Shown: positions 26,939 to 35,602 of the stretch, piece by piece
Numbering within the stretch: the first letter of the stretch is position 1
Layout of the letters: each line of letters begins with the position of its first letter
From: a virus
Taxonomy: Duplodnaviria; Caudoviricetes
DNA length: 64,000 nt
Virus record (IMG/VR): IMGVR_UViG_3300023174_000047
Span: 64,001-128,000 of that record
Reading direction: 5' to 3' (one strand)
Program-made: the position numbers and the translations under genes
The notes under the pieces: generated by a model
Seen by the model: only the letters and a program-made list of their open reading frames with translations
Told to the model about the DNA's origin: nothing
Database searches by the model: none

Positions 26939-27289
26939 ATGACACAAAACCTAGTTGTATTCAAGAACCAAAGTGAAACCATCATCGGTGAACTCATTAG
27001 TCGCACCGAAAATAATGTTCAAGTAAAAAATCCTGCAAGCATTTTTATTCAACCAACACAAACAGGACAACTGACAGTTCAGGTGTTCCCTGTGTTTTTT
27101 GGAGAGTTGCTTGATAGTTCTAAGCGCAGTGAGGGCACAGTGTGGACATACAGTTTAATTGGCGGTGGCATCGGTGAAGACATTGTTCTTGACGAAAAGC
27201 TCATCAGCCAATATACTAAGATTTTCAATCCAAGCCCCATCATTGTACCAGAAAGTTCTAACAAAGTCGTAAAACTTTTTGACGATTAA
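26939..27289 (+). CDS. Hypothetical protein, possible Sm/Hfq-like beta barrel
   Basis: ETIIGEL...VQVKNPASI pattern; preceded by TTGAAA-N16-TAAATT (26906-26933). Confidence 0.5.
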   Translation: MTQNLVVFKNQSETIIGELISRTENNVQVKNPASIFIQPTQTGQLTVQVFPVFFGELLDSSKRSEGTVWTYSLIGGGIGEDIVLDEKLISQYTKIFNPSPIIVPESSNKVVKLFDD

Positions 27290-27310
27290 TACTTAATAAT
27301 TAATAAAATT

Positions 27311-27338
27311 GAGCCACCAGAAATGGTGGCTCTTTTTA
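27311..27338 (+). terminator. Rho-independent terminator
   Basis: GAGCCACC-AGAAAT-GGTGGCTC followed by TTTTT. Confidence 0.88.
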
Positions 27339-27381
27339 TGTACACCCATTGAAAAACATATAATTTCATATATATACTTAC

Positions 27382-28491
27382 ATGGATAAAGACATTGTAG
27401 AAGCACTTGATAGCATCAACGAAATTAACCCATATGCAACGTACCTCAACAATAATACACTCAGTACTGTAAAAGAGTGGATTGATACAGGATCTTATGT
27501 TTTAAATTCAATTATTTCTGGGTCACGCAATGGAGGCATACCCAAGGGAAGAGTGACCATGATCGCGGGAGAATCAATGACCGGTAAAAGTCTTTTTGTG
27601 CAAAAAATTATTGCAAATGCACAAAAGCAAGGACTATTTCCTGTAATTTTTGATACTGAATCTGCCATTGATCCTGAAGGTGCAGCTCGACTAGGAATTG
27701 ATATTAGCAAAGTTAAATATGTACCATGCATAAGCATTGAACAAACAAGAAATGCAGTTTATAAATTTCTTAACAGCATCAGAGAAAAAAAGCTCGAAGG
27801 CAAGTTCATTGTCGCAATTGACTCACTCGGCAACTTGCAGTCAGAATTAGAGCTTGCCCGAATGGATAAAGAAAGCACAAGCGCTGACATGGGCACCAAA
27901 GCACGTGCCATAAAATCCCTGCTACAGACGTGCACTAATCTCGGTGCACTCACACAAACAACATTCGTAATAACTAACCATGTATATGATGATCCAACAG
28001 CTATGTACCCAAGCATTGAGAAAAATATGCCTGGCGGTAAGTCGGTTGTATACCTTCCATCCGTCACTATTCAATTGGCTCGCAAACCTCTAAAGGATGA
28101 CGGAGGCAAGACTGTTTCAAACAGCGAGCTTGCAGTTGGCCAAAAAAACTATGGCGGCATCATTATTAGAGCGCTAACTAGAAAGAACCGCTTCATTAAA
28201 CAATATCTTGAAGGAGAGATGTATCTCTCATTTTCAACAGGTTTAGATAGATATTATGGCTTGCTTGATCTTGCGGTTGGCATGGGCGTAGTTATACAAA
28301 ATGGTGCAACTTATGCTCTTGCTAACGGCACAAAGCTTGGATATGCTAAAAACTGGCGCAATAATATTGAGCTGTGGGAAACCAATATTCTTCCGCAACT
28401 TGAAGAGAAGATGAAAACTGAATGGGCTTACGGTAATAAAACTACAGATGAAGTACCGGAGGAAGGAGACGAACATGAAACAGAAATTTGA
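27382..28491 (+). CDS. uvsX: UvsX / RecA-like recombinase
   Basis: DTGSYVLN, GESMTGKS, FDTESA, IDSLGNL, NHVY, GGKSVVY. Confidence 0.93.
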   Translation: MDKDIVEALDSINEINPYATYLNNNTLSTVKEWIDTGSYVLNSIISGSRNGGIPKGRVTMIAGESMTGKSLFVQKIIANAQKQGLFPVIFDTESAIDPEGAARLGIDISKVKYVPCISIEQTRNAVYKFLNSIREKKLEGKFIVAIDSLGNLQSELELARMDKESTSADMGTKARAIKSLLQTCTNLGALTQTTFVITNHVYDDPTAMYPSIEKNMPGGKSVVYLPSVTIQLARKPLKDDGGKTVSNSELAVGQKNYGGIIIRALTRKNRFIKQYLEGEMYLSFSTGLDRYYGLLDLAVGMGVVIQNGATYALANGTKLGYAKNWRNNIELWETNILPQLEEKMKTEWAYGNKTTDEVPEEGDEHETEI

Positions 28492-28756
28492 AGCATTATA
28501 TTTTTCAACCACATGGTGCGGTCCATGTTCGATGTTTAAACCAGCATTTCAGCAGTTTGCCGATGAGCATCCAGAGATTGCAGTTAAATACGTTGATTTG
28601 GAGAAAGACGAGGAATCAGCAAAGACATACAAGCATCTCAACATTACAACAGTACCCACCGTTGTTTTTTTAAAAAACGGTAATGAAGAAGCTCGTTTAT
28701 CTGGTTTAAAGAGTAAAAAAGCACTTGAACAAATTTTTGAAGATATTACCTTCTAA
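28475..28756 (+). CDS. Thioredoxin (start probably 28475)
   Basis: WCGPC active site, VPTVVF. Confidence 0.92.
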   Translation: MKQKFEALYFSTTWCGPCSMFKPAFQQFADEHPEIAVKYVDLEKDEESAKTYKHLNITTVPTVVFLKNGNEEARLSGLKSKKALEQIFEDITF

Positions 28757-28758
28757 TC

Positions 28759-29499
28759 ATGAAGAAAATCGTTGTTCCTTTGTCAGGTGGTGTAGATAGT
28801 GCTGTACTACTCTATAAAGCAGCTAAAGAAGCTGATGAAATTCACTGCATTGTATATGATTACGGTCAAAGACATTCACGTGAACTCAAATGTGCCGACT
28901 ACTTATATACTGACGCAAAATACAGGAGCAAAAAACCTATTTTTCTACGAAAGGTGGATGCATCATTCATTAAGCATCTAGCACCGACTTCATCACTTAC
29001 TAATGATGATATCAAGACGCCTGACGTTAGAAAGATTGCAGGTGAAGCACAACCCAAGAGTTATGTACCGTTTCGTAATCTTATGTTTCTAAGCATTGCG
29101 CTATCGCATGCAGAAGCTGTTGGTGCATCCGAGGTGTGGCATGGCGCTACTGCAGTTGACTCTCTTGCTGGGTATTGGGATTCTTCACCAGAATTTCTTC
29201 CACAGATTAATGCTGTTGCTGCTCTCAACAGAGAACACAAAATTCAAGTTGTCGCACCTTTGATTCAATGCGATAAAGCAGATATTATCAAAATGGGTGT
29301 TGGTTTGCAAGTACCGTTTGATCAAACATATACCTGTTATTCAGGTGAAGAATTAGCCGATGCAACATCACCGAGTAGCAGTCTAAGAATTCAGGGCTTT
29401 ATCAAAGCAGGGTTCAGAGATCCCATTAAATATAAACAACAGGATCAGATCGAGAGACTTTATATACAACAAGGTTGCACAGATATTATCTACAAATAA
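28759..29499 (+). CDS. queC: 7-cyano-7-deazaguanine synthase
   Basis: LSGGVDS PP-loop, YDYGQRH..E, YVPFRNLMF, TYTCY. Confidence 0.92.
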   Translation: MKKIVVPLSGGVDSAVLLYKAAKEADEIHCIVYDYGQRHSRELKCADYLYTDAKYRSKKPIFLRKVDASFIKHLAPTSSLTNDDIKTPDVRKIAGEAQPKSYVPFRNLMFLSIALSHAEAVGASEVWHGATAVDSLAGYWDSSPEFLPQINAVAALNREHKIQVVAPLIQCDKADIIKMGVGLQVPFDQTYTCYSGEELADATSPSSSLRIQGFIKAGFRDPIKYKQQDQIERLYIQQGCTDIIYK

Positions 29500-30548
29500 C
29501 GCTGCTCAATACGCTGCATATGTTGCATACGAGAAATCCTCATTTGCTCTGTTAAAATCGATCTCTTTTCAGTACTGAGCTTTGCTGACTCTCCTAAATC
29601 CAACTCAATTGGGCGAGCCTCTCTACGCATCTCTGCTGGTGCTGCAGGAGCCATTTGTGGTACCGCAGTTGTTTCATCAACTGTATAACTTTTTGTTGTA
29701 CCGTTTTTAGTCAGCTCAATTGTAGTTATATACTTTGAAAGTTCATAATTTGAGATAACATCTCCAACCGTGCGTATGGATCTAAGCAGCGAGGTGTTTT
29801 CTCTGTTCTTAGGAACATCCTTGAGATAAACATAAGTTAAAGAACTGCCACTTTGGCCCAAGAAGGAAATTTTTGTCCATTCTGTACCATCATCAGACAA
29901 ATCAGCATTTTGTGGTCTAATAGCATTTGCAGATATACGCTCTTTTAACTCTGGTGTAAGAGGTGTACCTTCTTGAGCATCACCATGCGCCTGCACTACA
30001 TCATCTGCTTCTATTTCATCATCTGCTTCTATTTCATCATCTGCTTCTATTTCATCATCAGTATCATCTTCAACCTCATCTTCTATTTCCTGTGCAACAT
30101 CTTGAACAGCATTTCTCATGGCACGTTCTCTCTGTGTACGTACATTTGTAAGATCCATGCCGAATATGTCCTGAGCATATTCAATCCAGCCCTGCACCCA
30201 TTGTTCCACACTGTTGTAACCTTTCTCCTGCAATCTGTCAAGCGTAGCATAATCTCTTAAAATTTGTTTAACTTCCTTAGTAGCAATGACATTCTCTGCA
30301 ATTTCAAGAGAAGATGCAAGATATCTTGCAAAAGCAAGCTCCGCTTCTCTATATACTGTCTTGCCTACTGTTCGCATTGTACCATAGCGCCCTGTAGGAA
30401 CTTCTTGACCTTCCTTGTCGGTAAAGAATTTTTTTGCTTCTTTGCCTGGACCCCAGCCAGGCACAGGCTTATCATAATCACCAATTTTAATACGCTCATC
30501 GATGATGTATGTATTTACCCAACCAGGTCTCTTTAAAATGCTGCTCAT
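29490..30548 (-). CDS. Hypothetical acidic late protein with (DDEIEA)x3 repeat
   Basis: AATAAATA 5 nt before ATG; long acidic linker. Confidence 0.7.
   Translation of the reverse strand: MSSILKRPGWVNTYIIDERIKIGDYDKPVPGWGPGKEAKKFFTDKEGQEVPTGRYGTMRTVGKTVYREAELAFARYLASSLEIAENVIATKEVKQILRDYATLDRLQEKGYNSVEQWVQGWIEYAQDIFGMDLTNVRTQRERAMRNAVQDVAQEIEDEVEDDTDDEIEADDEIEADDEIEADDVVQAHGDAQEGTPLTPELKERISANAIRPQNADLSDDGTEWTKISFLGQSGSSLTYVYLKDVPKNRENTSLLRSIRTVGDVISNYELSKYITTIELTKNGTTKSYTVDETTAVPQMAPAAPAEMRREARPIELDLGESAKLSTEKRSILTEQMRISRMQHMQRIEQRYL
30001..30054. repeat. Perfect 18-bp coding tandem repeat x3
   Basis: TCATCTGCTTCTATTTCA at 30001, 30019, 30037. Confidence 0.95.
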
Positions 30549-30616
30549 GTCTTTATTTATTTATCCAATAATATATTGTTGCTTTTACACAACAATATAT
30601 TACAGTATATTATTCC

Positions 30617-31324
30617 ATGTGCTCAATTATAGGTTCATTTGATCGAAATATGTATGATGTTTTATTTCATGCTAATAAAGAGCGTGGAACATTTGCATAT
30701 AGTCATTGTCTTTTTAATAATAAAAACACCGCACCTTTTCATATAAAAAAATTTAGCAAATTGCCTGACATTAATAAGATTGCAGACGTTGCCTCTAATG
30801 TTTATCATTTCGGCCACTTTCAGGCACCCACAAGTTCAGTTAGAGTATGGAAAGAAGAAACAAGTCACCCGTTTGAAGACAATGATTGGATTGTAGCACA
30901 TAATGGTGTTATTTCAAATTTTGAAGAACTAAAACAGGAATACGCACCCACACAAGATATAAAGGTTGACAGCTCTTTAATTCCTATTATGCTGCATTTT
31001 CATACTTTTAAGCATGAAAAATCCGATAAAGAGGGAAATGCTATGATGATTGAAAAGTCTATTAAAGTGGTTTTAGAGAAAATTAAAGGAACATTTGCTG
31101 TATGGATCATTAATAGAGCTCAAAATAGAGCATTCATTGCACGTCAAGGCAGCACTTTATTCGCAAATACCAAAACTGGCAGCTTTAGCTCAGTTGAATG
31201 CAAAAGCGCAGGATGGATGCAGATTCCTGAAGGATGCATTTATGAGGTAATGTTTAAAACCAGATGCTTAACACTTCTCGGTAAGTTTAATAATAACTCA
31301 CCATTCTTATTCATTCCAGAGTAA
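30617..31324 (+). CDS. Stand-alone class II (Ntn) glutamine amidotransferase
   Basis: Cys at position 2 (MCSIIG), GHFQAPT, HPF, AHNGVISNF, DSSLI, GTFA, ARQGS. Confidence 0.85.
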   Translation: MCSIIGSFDRNMYDVLFHANKERGTFAYSHCLFNNKNTAPFHIKKFSKLPDINKIADVASNVYHFGHFQAPTSSVRVWKEETSHPFEDNDWIVAHNGVISNFEELKQEYAPTQDIKVDSSLIPIMLHFHTFKHEKSDKEGNAMMIEKSIKVVLEKIKGTFAVWIINRAQNRAFIARQGSTLFANTKTGSFSSVECKSAGWMQIPEGCIYEVMFKTRCLTLLGKFNNNSPFLFIPE

Positions 31325-31667
31325 GCAGGTATTTTAATCTATCCATCTGTCCAATCATTTCGTCACGAAGATTAATTAAATCAGAGTGCTCATCTATATC
31401 TGGAGCTTCATTTCTTAAAATAGCAATGGCATTATTAAAAATGTTCTCTAAATTTGTAGAGTCTTCAAGATTTTTTAATTCTAGACTTTGTGCAAAACCA
31501 ATGCGCCCAAAAATACCCTGGTATGTTTCAACAAAATTATCTAACAAATCATCAAAAGATTCATAAAATTTACCTAAAGCTTTGTGACGAGCATATGATT
31601 TTGTTTGCCAATGAAAAATGCGTACTTGCATTTGCAAATAGATAAGCTGTGCTATGACTCTTGACAT
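31311..31667 (-). CDS. DUF5856-like ferritin/Dps-fold protein
   Basis: HWQTKSYARHKALGKFYE..DNFVETYQG; KYLLTLE end; perfect TATAAATA at 31674-31681. Confidence 0.75.
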   Translation of the reverse strand: MSRVIAQLIYLQMQVRIFHWQTKSYARHKALGKFYESFDDLLDNFVETYQGIFGRIGFAQSLELKNLEDSTNLENIFNNAIAILRNEAPDIDEHSDLINLRDEMIGQMDRLKYLLTLE

Positions 31668-31746
31668 ATAATGTATTTATAATTAAAATTAGATAATTTA
31701 CAACAAGTGCGTATAGAAATAAAAATGCTAACAAAATAACAACAAA

Positions 31747-32424
31747 ATGAAAAATATATTATATGTAAGCTGCACGCAAAAAGCTAAAAAAAGTGATACA
31801 CTTATTTACAAAAGCATGGCAGCTTACGGCTGGTCAACAGATACCAACACATTAAAAGTTATCACCAACAACACTGAGGGGCTGAGCAAAGTATATAACA
31901 AATTTATTAATGCAGAAGTTGCAGAATATTACAACCACGTTGTATTTGTTCATGATGATGTCTGGATTGATGATGCACACATCAAAGATAAGCTCAATGA
32001 AGCAATGCACGGCCCTTCAAAATTTGACATAGTTGGACTAGCTGGAACTCGAGAACCAAAAATTACACACCCTGCATTATGGCATCTCATGGCAAGCAGG
32101 GAACATCACCGTGGATATGCTGGTCACATATTTGGTGACAAGAAAGTTATGACTGGATTTGGTGCAACACCAGATCGAGTTGCCATTGTAGATGGTCTGT
32201 TTGTTGCAGTTAATGTATCGCGCGCCATTGAAACAGGGTGGAAGTGGAATGAAAACTTTGAATTTCATCATTATGATATCGCAAGTTGCATTGATGCCAA
32301 TGCCAAAGGAATGAGAATTGGAGTATGGCCCATCAATGTTTTTCATGCATCACCTGGTCTCAAAAGCTTGGATGATGTGACATGGAGCAATAGTAATAAA
32401 AAATTCCTTGAATTGTATTCGTAG
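31747..32424 (+). CDS. GT2-like glycosyltransferase (GT-A)
   Basis: VFVHDDV, VGLAG, VDGLFVAV, FHHYDI. Confidence 0.75.
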   Translation: MKNILYVSCTQKAKKSDTLIYKSMAAYGWSTDTNTLKVITNNTEGLSKVYNKFINAEVAEYYNHVVFVHDDVWIDDAHIKDKLNEAMHGPSKFDIVGLAGTREPKITHPALWHLMASREHHRGYAGHIFGDKKVMTGFGATPDRVAIVDGLFVAVNVSRAIETGWKWNENFEFHHYDIASCIDANAKGMRIGVWPINVFHASPGLKSLDDVTWSNSNKKFLELYS

Positions 32425-32447
32425 GGTAGTATGTTATTTTAATAGAT

Positions 32448-33770
32448 ATGAATTTAGATCTTGACTGGATGGAAAAGGTAGTGACATACAAGTCACTTGT
32501 TGACGAAGAGTATCTACTCACTATCATTGATCATGTAAAACCGGAATACTTTAATGATAAAAATTTACACATGGTATTTGACATCATCTGTAGCTTTTAT
32601 AACAAACGCAGGTGTTTGCCAACAACCACAGAAATTAAAGCATATCTTGATTCAGATGAAAAAAGGCAGAGTTTTAAAACTGCACTTGGCGCAATTGCTT
32701 CAATAGATAAATCTCTTAATAAAGATGAGCTGTATGATAATACAGAGCGATTTTTAAAAGAGAGAGGCATTTATCAGACCATGATGACTGTGGCTAAAGA
32801 TGTAGGGAATGGCAACATTGATACCAGCAAAATTTTAGACCAGTTTGAAAAAACCTGCACTGTAACTCTTGTGCACGACATTGGTTTGGATTTATTGAAC
32901 GATTTTCATCGCGTCGTTGATGACTTAAAAAGAACCGATCCAACTATCTCGACTGGATACAAATGGCTTGATGAAAAACTTAATGGTGGTTTTATGCAAG
33001 ATGGTAGAGCAATGTATGTCTTTGCAGGTGAAACCAACATCGGAAAAAGTATTATTCTTGGCAACTGTGCAGTTAATATAGCAAGACAAAGAAAAAATGT
33101 ACTCGTTATTTCGCTTGAAATGTCAGAGATGGTTTATGCCAAGAGGCTCACTGCACAAATTGCAAAAACATCGACCAGTAAATTAGCAGATGATATTGAA
33201 GTTATATCTGCCAAAATAGAAAATTTCAAAGATTCAACTGGTGGCAGAATTATCATCAAAGAATTTCCTCCAAGTTGTATGACTCCACGAGACATACAAG
33301 GCTACATCACAAAAATTAATAAAAAAGGTGTTAAAATTGATGCAATTATCATTGATTATATTAATTTGCTAACAACAACACGTGGCAAAGATTCCTATGA
33401 ACGCATCAAATACATCAGTGAAGAAACACGTGCACTAACTTACATTTTTAAATGTCCTTTAATCACGGTAACCCAACTGAATCGAACTGGATATTCTGTA
33501 AGTGAGCCTGGTTTAACATCTTTGAGTGAGAGTTATGCACTTGGTGCAACCGCAGATTTCATTGCAAGTGCATGGCAGGGTGAAGGGGATAATGAAGCTG
33601 GCATTTTAAGAACGTCTATTCTTAAGAGTAGATTTGGTAGAAATCTCGGCACCAATGCTTTTAAAATTGACTACTCCACGCTCACTATTTCAGAAGATGT
33701 ATCAATCAACAACATGACACAAGATTCAGAAGATGTAGCACGAGCATTGAACTTTTTGAATGAAAGTTGA
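32448..33770 (+). CDS. gp41: Replicative DnaB-like helicase gp41
   Basis: GETNIGKS, ISLEM, IIDYINL, TQLNR, SESYAL, KSRFG. Confidence 0.93.
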   Translation: MNLDLDWMEKVVTYKSLVDEEYLLTIIDHVKPEYFNDKNLHMVFDIICSFYNKRRCLPTTTEIKAYLDSDEKRQSFKTALGAIASIDKSLNKDELYDNTERFLKERGIYQTMMTVAKDVGNGNIDTSKILDQFEKTCTVTLVHDIGLDLLNDFHRVVDDLKRTDPTISTGYKWLDEKLNGGFMQDGRAMYVFAGETNIGKSIILGNCAVNIARQRKNVLVISLEMSEMVYAKRLTAQIAKTSTSKLADDIEVISAKIENFKDSTGGRIIIKEFPPSCMTPRDIQGYITKINKKGVKIDAIIIDYINLLTTTRGKDSYERIKYISEETRALTYIFKCPLITVTQLNRTGYSVSEPGLTSLSESYALGATADFIASAWQGEGDNEAGILRTSILKSRFGRNLGTNAFKIDYSTLTISEDVSINNMTQDSEDVARALNFLNES

Positions 33771-33799
33771 TTAATTTGTACAGAGATTAAATAGATATA

Positions 33800-34702
33800 A
33801 TGTCAAGCAAAAAAATAGCTGTTTGGTCTGATGTGGATTTGGATGGCGCAATGTGTCAAATAATACACACATGGATGCACGGCGAAACAAACATTGAGAA
33901 ATACACCTGCAATGCCGCAAGACTGAGAGAAGAATTACTCAAATGGCTAAACACGCACAAGTTTTCTGATTACAAGCAAGTTGTCTTTGCTGATTTAGAT
34001 ACCAGCAGCATTGCTGATCTAATTGACCTTGACAATGTAGTTATTTATGATCATCATGAATCACATAAGACGCAGGCCGCTTCGTATATCAAGGCAAGAG
34101 TACATGTGTATGATTGCAAATCTGCCGCTGAAATTATTTTTAAAGAAAACAAAAATATTTTAATCAGCCAAAAAGCAATAACACCAGAGAGAACGAAGCT
34201 TTTATTATTAGTAAGTGACTACGACAGCTATACCCTGCAATTAAAAGAATCAAAAAATTTAAGCATCATATTCTGGAGCTATACAGGCAACAGAATAGAA
34301 CAATTTTGCAAAGAATTTATTAATGGTTTTAGCGGATTTACACAATTGCAGCAAAATGCTATTGTATTCTATTATAAAAAGCTTAAAGAAATTACAGATG
34401 ACCTGCATTTATTCACAGGCACAATCAGAGATAACAAAGTTATAAGTTGCTTCTGTAGTGCAGCACATAATGATGTAGCACATTATATCATTAATACATA
34501 CAAGGCAAACATTGCCATCTTAGTTAACCCAAAAACTAAAACAGTATCATTTAGAAAAAGCAAGGATTGCAAAGTTAATTTATCTGTTCTTGCAGATACG
34601 CTATGCGGCGAAGGGGCAGGCGGACACGATGCTGCTGCTGGTGGTAAAATTACAGAAAAATTTTTATTATTTACAAAGACCTTATCTCCCCATGAATCTT
34701 GA
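33800..34702 (+). CDS. DHH/DHHA1 family phosphoesterase
   Basis: DVDLDG, YDHH, SDYD, VSFR, GGHDAAAGG. Confidence 0.85.
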   Translation: MSSKKIAVWSDVDLDGAMCQIIHTWMHGETNIEKYTCNAARLREELLKWLNTHKFSDYKQVVFADLDTSSIADLIDLDNVVIYDHHESHKTQAASYIKARVHVYDCKSAAEIIFKENKNILISQKAITPERTKLLLLVSDYDSYTLQLKESKNLSIIFWSYTGNRIEQFCKEFINGFSGFTQLQQNAIVFYYKKLKEITDDLHLFTGTIRDNKVISCFCSAAHNDVAHYIINTYKANIAILVNPKTKTVSFRKSKDCKVNLSVLADTLCGEGAGGHDAAAGGKITEKFLLFTKTLSPHES

Positions 34703-34958
34703 AAGTGAGTTTGAACAGGAGTATAGCATGCTCTCTTTTTGTAGTTTTATTACCATCATGCATGGTAAAAAATTAAATATTCCCAATATTTTTTTACTGC
34801 TACTTAAAAATAAAAAATATAGAGATTTGTTTAAAAGTATGCTTGACTTAGAGTGTGACTATCAGATATTTAAGATGTTCGTTGATTACGATCCTATGCT
34901 GTATAAAAGCAAGTATATCTCCAAATATCTCAATAAAAATGCAAATGCACTTAAGTGA
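34692..34958 (+). CDS. Hypothetical protein (start probably 34692, MNLESEF)
   Basis: 88 aa, overlaps both neighbours by a few bases. Confidence 0.6.
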   Translation: MNLESEFEQEYSMLSFCSFITIMHGKKLNIPNIFLLLLKNKKYRDLFKSMLDLECDYQIFKMFVDYDPMLYKSKYISKYLNKNANALK

Positions 34959-35595
34959 TTTCGATAAGCATATATATAATGAATATCTAAAAGCGCAGCG
35001 TAAAGGCAAGCCATATACACTGCGCAAAAACTTTGATAATATAGACGATGAAACACAAGTATGCTTAAAGCAGCTGTCTGAGTTTTTTGCATCTTTTCCA
35101 GACATACGCATTAATGACTTTTTTAATGCAGGGTTTAAAGATACGGACTTTCAATCAATAACATTTTTTAAGAGCATGCGAGCTATAAAAATGTACCATG
35201 CATACATTGGTAATAAGCTCAACAGGGCAGATGATGACTGGGTGATTGATTTTATCAAATCATCACTGTTATATGTTCATAAATTTTGCAAACAAAATAA
35301 TTTAGCAGTTGATCAATACCTTGATGCAGAGTCACCTGCAGGTGTCCCATGGTTTGCTATTCATTTAAAAAACTTCAATGTATGCATATATTTATTACTT
35401 GCATTTTCTGACTTTGATAATAAAATAATGAAGCATAGCGATGCCATGGTAATGATTTTAGGAGATGAATTTTTTAAGGACATTACCCGCCACAGAACTA
35501 TGTTTGTCACTTCCAATAAATGCAAACAACTTGCACGTAATGGTCTTGATATTCTCAAACAACAAATAAAATACCCAACCACACAGACAAACTAA
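34939..35595 (+). CDS. Hypothetical protein, possibly gp59-like helicase loader (start 34939 or 34945)
   Basis: Directly upstream of gp32 as in T4; helical. Call rests on gene order only. Confidence 0.4.
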   Translation: MQMHLSDFDKHIYNEYLKAQRKGKPYTLRKNFDNIDDETQVCLKQLSEFFASFPDIRINDFFNAGFKDTDFQSITFFKSMRAIKMYHAYIGNKLNRADDDWVIDFIKSSLLYVHKFCKQNNLAVDQYLDAESPAGVPWFAIHLKNFNVCIYLLLAFSDFDNKIMKHSDAMVMILGDEFFKDITRHRTMFVTSNKCKQLARNGLDILKQQIKYPTTQTN

Positions 35596-35602
35596 AATAA
35601 CT

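Noticed and set aside
28458-28470. Strong SD (GGAGGAAGGAG) before thioredoxin as evidence of general SD use
   Set aside because: It is an isolated case inside UvsX coding sequence (PEEGD). It may be functional but does not represent the window.
29963-30260. His-rich and Phe/Ile-rich repeat ORFs on the plus strand
   Set aside because: They are antisense shadows of the 18-bp repeat in the acidic protein.
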